DNA of 28,959 nt from Thermoplasmata archaeon (GTDB lineage Archaea > Thermoplasmatota > Thermoplasmata > GCA-020350865): positions 1,075,250 through 1,104,208 of the forward strand of contig CP070751.1 in the NCBI GenBank assembly GCA_020348445.1, read 5' to 3'. A model generated the notes under the pieces. That model was not told where the DNA came from. It saw only the letters and a program-made list of their open reading frames with translations, and did not search any database. The first letter of the stretch is position 1. Each line of letters opens with the position of its first letter. Shown here one piece after another: positions 27,701 to 28,959 of the stretch. The translations under genes and the position numbers were made by a program.

Positions 27701-28959
27701 CAACCCACTTGCAGGAGATCATTCAAATCCCAAGCGTGTTTGGGATGATGATTATAGGGGAGTGTGGCACCTCGGGGAGCTTCCTAGAGAGAATCATGAA
27801 AATCAAATTTTGGACAGCTCGTCTTACATGAACCACATGCGATCGTATGGATCAATGGATCAAACTGATCAGGTGAATGGAAGAATCGATGGAGCATTGG
27901 ATTTTGATGGGAGTGACGCCTATCTGCAAAGACATTATTCTTTTGCAGATAATGTGAATTTAGGTACAAATGATTATACAATAGAGGCCTGGGTCCAACT
28001 GGATTCCACAGGGTTATTAGCCTATCCAACGATCTGCAATAAGGGTGGAAGTGGGCCTGATACCGCAGGATATTGGTTCTTCGAATACAGAGATAACGAT
28101 GATTTCAGGATGTATTTTGGAGATGGTGATGGTTCACAAAGGGTAACTGCAGACAGTAAAGATGATATTAAGGATGACCAGTGGCATCATGTGGTGGTAT
28201 CGGTAGATAGGGACGGGCCTGTCATTTTTTTCCTCGATGGTAAACTCGATAATCTTAAGGCTGCAAGTTCAAAAGATGGAAAAAACTTGGATAATCCCAC
28301 ATACAGCTTTGAAATCAGTGATTCAGGTTCGAGCTCTAGATGGAAGGGTTTAATCGATGAAGTCCGCATCTCAACCACGGTAAGAAACTATGACTGGATC
28401 AATACTTCATACAAGAACATCATAAACTCCACTTTATTCTGCTCTGTTGGCATTGAAGAGGCAGTTGAATTCTGGTATGCATCCGATTGGAGCTTCCGCA
28501 AGAAGATCACAATAAATTCATCAAAAGTGTCTGATGGTCTTGCCGACTTCCCAATGCTCGTGAATCTCACAGATTCTGATCTAGCAAACGATGCACGTTC
28601 GGATGGATACGATATAATATTTGTCCAAGGCTCTACTAAACTCGATCACGAGATAGAGAGCTTTAATAGTACATCAGGTGAGTTACTTGCCTGGGTGAAC
28701 GTCCCGTGGCTTTCTCCTATACAGGATAAGTTTATCTATATGTATTATGGAAACAGCGGCCAGAGCACTCCAACAGAGCATTCATATGGCGTTTGGAGCA
28801 ATGGATACCTGGGCGTTTATCATATGGTGGAGGAGACTGGAAGTATAGAGAACTCGGTATCTTTGTCCAATTACGGAACTAGGGGTGACTCGCCAACAAG
28901 GGTCTCAGGTCGAATCGGTTATGGGCAGGAGTTCACAGGAAGCACAGGTGATGACAGGT
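18759..28959 (+). CDS. Giant surface protein, 3'-partial (>=3400 aa), absent from ORF track: Zn ribbons, TPR, GLTN repeats, TM, conserved ectodomain, jelly roll, lamin-tail domains, >=5x DUF2341+LamG, DNRLRE-like domain
   Basis: Hand translation of frame 3 from ATG18759 (MVDLSGNKKGPRNCPCCGEMIPSGSHRCSNC...) gives no stop up to the window end. It is homologous to ORF1 and ORF2 over GLTN-TM-IEIDGKFGDW...DYSDD. An alternative start TTG18768 follows a GGTGAT SD-like site. Confidence 0.93.
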   Translation, partial: MVDLSGNKKGPRNCPCCGEMIPSGSHRCSNCGAVIKLKTVKAVVASSKEIEGTDKKNKIFRDFVKRYKKIEGIAEHRQSTRRSGSPKMVIKDAPGKSKSKPEPKLKPEPESKPKPKQKPEPEPEPELSNDDLDDWERKLEDLLGKKVGTLVPQLPEDEDLELDKIETEEDISLGEEESDDFEEDYECPDCGYSLGVEATFCPNCKAEFSITDDLIDALEEVVEEQTEKAQEVELRKSKKLLKQKNECPSCGCTVDPSDTKCPICKMQFKEFEEVFLDYEETPEGSPQPKRETPEDTAKAEEEYEIEEVEEFECPICSGIVSEDDIRCPDCGVEFTDFDELPDKLIESSIEDLDRFIEETASELVIEESVSEELPSIPRMAKEGDEVRKIEAEPTMGKSLEYQNLHIDSLMEQLEFLGKPEPEKSKEKRIAEEGPKCPMCEADFSENETFCRKCGMLLTLETKADRDQVSAFISGIRDIMKEMQISLNEEGIRKRIQSLDKEISLNLMNEELWFERGLLLIELDSYKKVLKSFDTVIRLNPNHKKVWIAKADVMRRLNRIEEASRCYQKAFEIMQAEYHKEPGKEKEPAKHPVKRPVKKPVAPDRIKPDLGLAGGIKQGEDITEGPRGGLTNGLRKARGRGLTNGLTNGVKRGKRGLTNGLTNGVKRGRRGLTNGLTNGLTNGLTNGLTNGLKRARLGLTNGLTNGLTNGITNGLTNGLRALKMGLTNGITNGNGITNGLGGGQALLKGKSSKSRMVMVALIALCLIFAPYLIYITQAPPDKIEIDGKFGDWRGITTTTDMNDGAPFNPNVDIIDYRVDSRVMELSFYLKVEGVMLAGEPGDGRHVDCAYIFMDIDQSPDTGYLIKGIGADVMAEIYGWDSEILGSSLYSYEAPEQDWNLWEVITSIAVAVGGSELEAQLTLSTLYLDKNDEVDVLFYMQSWDGFDDFSDTIISNKEGILTVRQQGVGEDEITGNGNRLLKLELEAKKADITLTELKATRTGFGSDSDVASIRLENENRNSVAAGSLSNGIATFRSGVSLSEGQTTVLYIVVDVASTAIAHNSIGFVIMTHHDAVTDRGTVNLEKVKSEAWQNEVSYILGVPTNVTIDGAFADWDGKLKSNETGGDVNRRNLDILEYGISSTDEGPAFFLRVDSEICGGVAVPYWNKKAKTEPIVGAMVGGESQISEISPKTGEDVVYVFIDTNSGTGYRWGLPISADYMIEITGRHNKVLSKIYYEFSGTNFFNWVWTVLGEVDVGLDLLNMEIGLDWNEIGIDPYSEYFEVYFLSTDWEKSEVDYSDDALPFSLNQTILDNLLASRRGTRGYYTTDHVHPNDAANSDGEVTDYQNLDEDAAGDSTYENSGDKNDPGVDWIEVYFPSVTIPDTATIHNITLYYGYYTEDGWELTTDATSNITWRVDATENDLGNYTLSDPADTDIDATLILTTNLPTKSNLASGNFKIRFRGIDGGGKDEFWLDYCYFTINYSYYYYDVRINEIMADPVGGGPFDDDWSYRKAITIDHTKVVEDLEDFPALISITDSDLASKAQSDGDDILFVASDGETKLDHEIEIYTSTTGELVAWVKIPLLSSTHDTTIYMYYNNPDATDQQNSEDVWSNNYRFVGHLSETSGYCYDSTSYGISATPDVSIARGETGQIGYAYLFDGVSAEVDFLTIPDGHLDFGTNSMTVSCWVNVNETSGYQDYVTKGGQGTTDGGYAIRSRDNGDQSYFRVTDTVTSETTNFRFANYTWAYLVGVCDRTSDVGRIYVDGVDHTEDDGDTIASGFGGIDASTEDFKIGDDAETPEGLIDEVRVSYGAHSEGWIITEFNNQYSPSTFHSVGAEELNSAGWSYRKSITINSSKVTGDLNNFPVLINITDSDLANDARSDGYDIVFTLSDGITSLDHEIESFNSTSGQLFAWVKIPSLSSSSDITIYMYYGNSGQSIPTENPTGVWDSNYVMVQHLEESPANDVEGHLDSTSNDNDGTPKNFAGTAGSTTDATGKIDGADEFDGVDDHVDCGNDASLNITATEITMEVWVYGEFPTQYKRYNVLNKYNRGTGGYGLVIYRHSNNIGTPEAYLQNSSTYSESLCGNTYVINPNTWHHVVFTWDSPNGSMYVDGVKRADCDFGGSINPNPSKNLWISRSGGASGSDVYWNGTIDEVRISNVARSGNWINTSYINQNDISSFLYAGSEESLSGSAGYEWVEIYNAESSSVDLTEWYLKDHQGHAFDLSGAGSISAGGYLICHLGETGTNSSTDVYDSAYSITFQPDATDGIDNFLDDSASTVNFGTTTYLDVENNTNQRRPILQFNLSGLQQGKVSEAKVYLYRYDGDITNDADVNVHRMTQNWTESDPGGSDWNTYDNSNNWVTSGGDYDSTVEDTTTVQGGSTAWYSWDITDLVEDWISGMYDNNGMIFEADPSGYPQYFFSSDYNTDTSKRPKLVVNMTSTRILDYTDGLYLYLSSDSVMDYIAWGGDPGSWDDDAVDAGHWTAGDYINTSSISENQSFGRDRDCTDTNSSSDWEGPETNKADPFGIHSGSWTQGSVNNDQAIIINEIMFNPNGNPYDNGWDYKKKITIHAGKVMDDLTDFPVVLDMTLWDLATYAQSDGGDILFVGADNDTKLDHEIEKFNSTTGQLVVWIKIPFLSSTNDTVLWMYYGNSSCGNQQNPKEVWSNGFAGVYHLEEDDQPYANSVSSGNYGSWWLPPERTSGQISYGQEFGGVSGGVDYDHMIAVGDFGECNGTNTNLTVSGWAWINDSYLDDYAKIFYKRNAADDGVSYQLEFGSEVSDKNIGWAIQGDSLGRRAVAKYCWVYVAGTYNGTTKILYINGSEASRDYDTSGALVSTPSQVTFGSGDSPSQNFGGILDEMRVAIATRSPAWLATEFNNMLDPSTFFSIGDCNNRKIVTINSSQVSGDLTDFPVFVNITDSDLSANARGDGYDIYFTSLDGTTKLHHEVVSYDGSSGGLRAWVRIPSLSSSADTNIYMYYNNPLAGDHSNPKRVWDDDYRGVWHLGELPRENHENQILDSSSYMNHMRSYGSMDQTDQVNGRIDGALDFDGSDAYLQRHYSFADNVNLGTNDYTIEAWVQLDSTGLLAYPTICNKGGSGPDTAGYWFFEYRDNDDFRMYFGDGDGSQRVTADSKDDIKDDQWHHVVVSVDRDGPVIFFLDGKLDNLKAASSKDGKNLDNPTYSFEISDSGSSSRWKGLIDEVRISTTVRNYDWINTSYKNIINSTLFCSVGIEEAVEFWYASDWSFRKKITINSSKVSDGLADFPMLVNLTDSDLANDARSDGYDIIFVQGSTKLDHEIESFNSTSGELLAWVNVPWLSPIQDKFIYMYYGNSGQSTPTEHSYGVWSNGYLGVYHMVEETGSIENSVSLSNYGTRGDSPTRVSGRIGYGQEFTGSTGDDR
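18798..20117 (+). other. Five Zn-ribbon (CxxC-x10-CxxC) units with Pro/Lys/Glu-rich spacers, ORF3 cytoplasmic head
   Basis: CPCC..CSNC, CPDC..CPNC, CPSC..CPIC, CPIC..CPDC, CPMC..CRKC; KPEPKLKPEPESKPKPKQKPEPEPEPE linker at ~19056-19140. Confidence 0.88.
20283..20480 (+). other. TPR pair in ORF3
   Basis: EELWFERGLLLIELDSYKKVLKSFDTVIRLNPNHKKVWIAKADVMRRLNRIEEASRCYQKAFEI fits the TPR consensus (W..[RK][GA].......Y..A..[CS][YF]....[LI].P). Confidence 0.8.
20640..20975 (+). repeat. 18 G[LI]TN tetrapeptide units in blocks separated by basic spacers (ORF3)
   Basis: Hand count of 18 units; spacers LRKARGR, VKRGKR, VKRGRR, LKRARL, LRALKM; codons are synonymously scrambled. Confidence 0.95.
21021..21083 (+). 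other. N-terminal transmembrane signal-anchor of ORF3
   Basis: KGKSSKSR followed by MVMVALIALCLIFAPYLIYIT. Confidence 0.88.
21102..22721 (+). other. Conserved ectodomain of ORF3
   Basis: From IEIDGKFGDW through VLFYMQSWDGFDDFSDTIISN and KTGEDVVYVFID to DYSDD...RRGTR. Confidence 0.85.
23223..26380 (+). other. Split lamin-tail domain (LTD) no. 1 of ORF3 (segments 23223-23252, ~25341-25520, ~26091-26380)
   Basis: VRINEIMADP ... EWVEIYN..SSVDLTEWYLKD..GHAF......ISAGGY ... LYL..SDSVMDYIAWG...SFGRD.D.TDT...DW matches the LTD consensus in three pieces. Confidence 0.7.
23280..28959 (+). repeat. >=5 DUF2341+LamG modules in ORF3 (starts 23280, 24288, 26445, ~27441, 28473; last truncated)
   Basis: Typical unit W.[YF][RK]K.ITI...KV...L.[DN]FP.....TD.DLA..A.SDG.DI.F......LDHEIE.....G.L.AWV.[IV]P, followed by LamG motifs. 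Confidence 0.85.
25533..26076 (+). other. DNRLRE/CBM96-like domain in ORF3
   Basis: ITFQPDATDGIDNFL...NFG...LQFNLS...A.VYLY...VHRMTQNWTE...W....GGDY...SWDITDLVEDW...NNG...RPKLVV. Confidence 0.65.

Noticed and set aside
28881-28895. RGDSP (fibronectin-like integrin ligand) in ORF3, near genes with integrin-like propellers
   Set aside because: Single occurrence, not conserved in the equivalent position of module 3 (SWWLPP); likely chance. FG-GAP propellers alone do not imply RGD binding.

Overview
The window holds three consecutive, very large + strand genes that are paralogues, probably from an archaeon (PEF-CTERM sorting signals, GGTGA-type Shine-Dalgarno site; Thermoplasmatota is my guess, not verified). 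ORF1 (<1-12147, >4048 aa) is 5'-truncated: the ORF-track start at 112 lies inside a TM helix and the frame is open from base 1. ORF2 (12206-18367, 2053 aa) is complete. ORF3 (18759->28959, >=3400 aa) is 3'-truncated and missing from the supplied ORF track; I translated it by hand and found no stop. The shared plan is: cytoplasmic CxxC Zn-ribbon/acidic head (plus TPR in ORF3; head of ORF1 outside the window), G[LI]TN tetrapeptide repeats with a near-invariant cap, a TM helix, a ~530-aa conserved ectodomain, an RG(TR) junction, a gene-specific adhesin-like passenger (FG-GAP propellers, DUF2341+LamG, BNR propellers, lamin-tail, DNRLRE, jelly rolls), and a C-terminal PEF-CTERM anchor (seen in ORF1 and ORF2). 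The passengers of ORF1 and ORF3 appear to be built by nested domain-into-domain insertion. I found no RNA genes, CRISPR arrays, transposases, reverse transcriptase or archaeosortase. All domain names come from motif recognition by eye, not from database searches.
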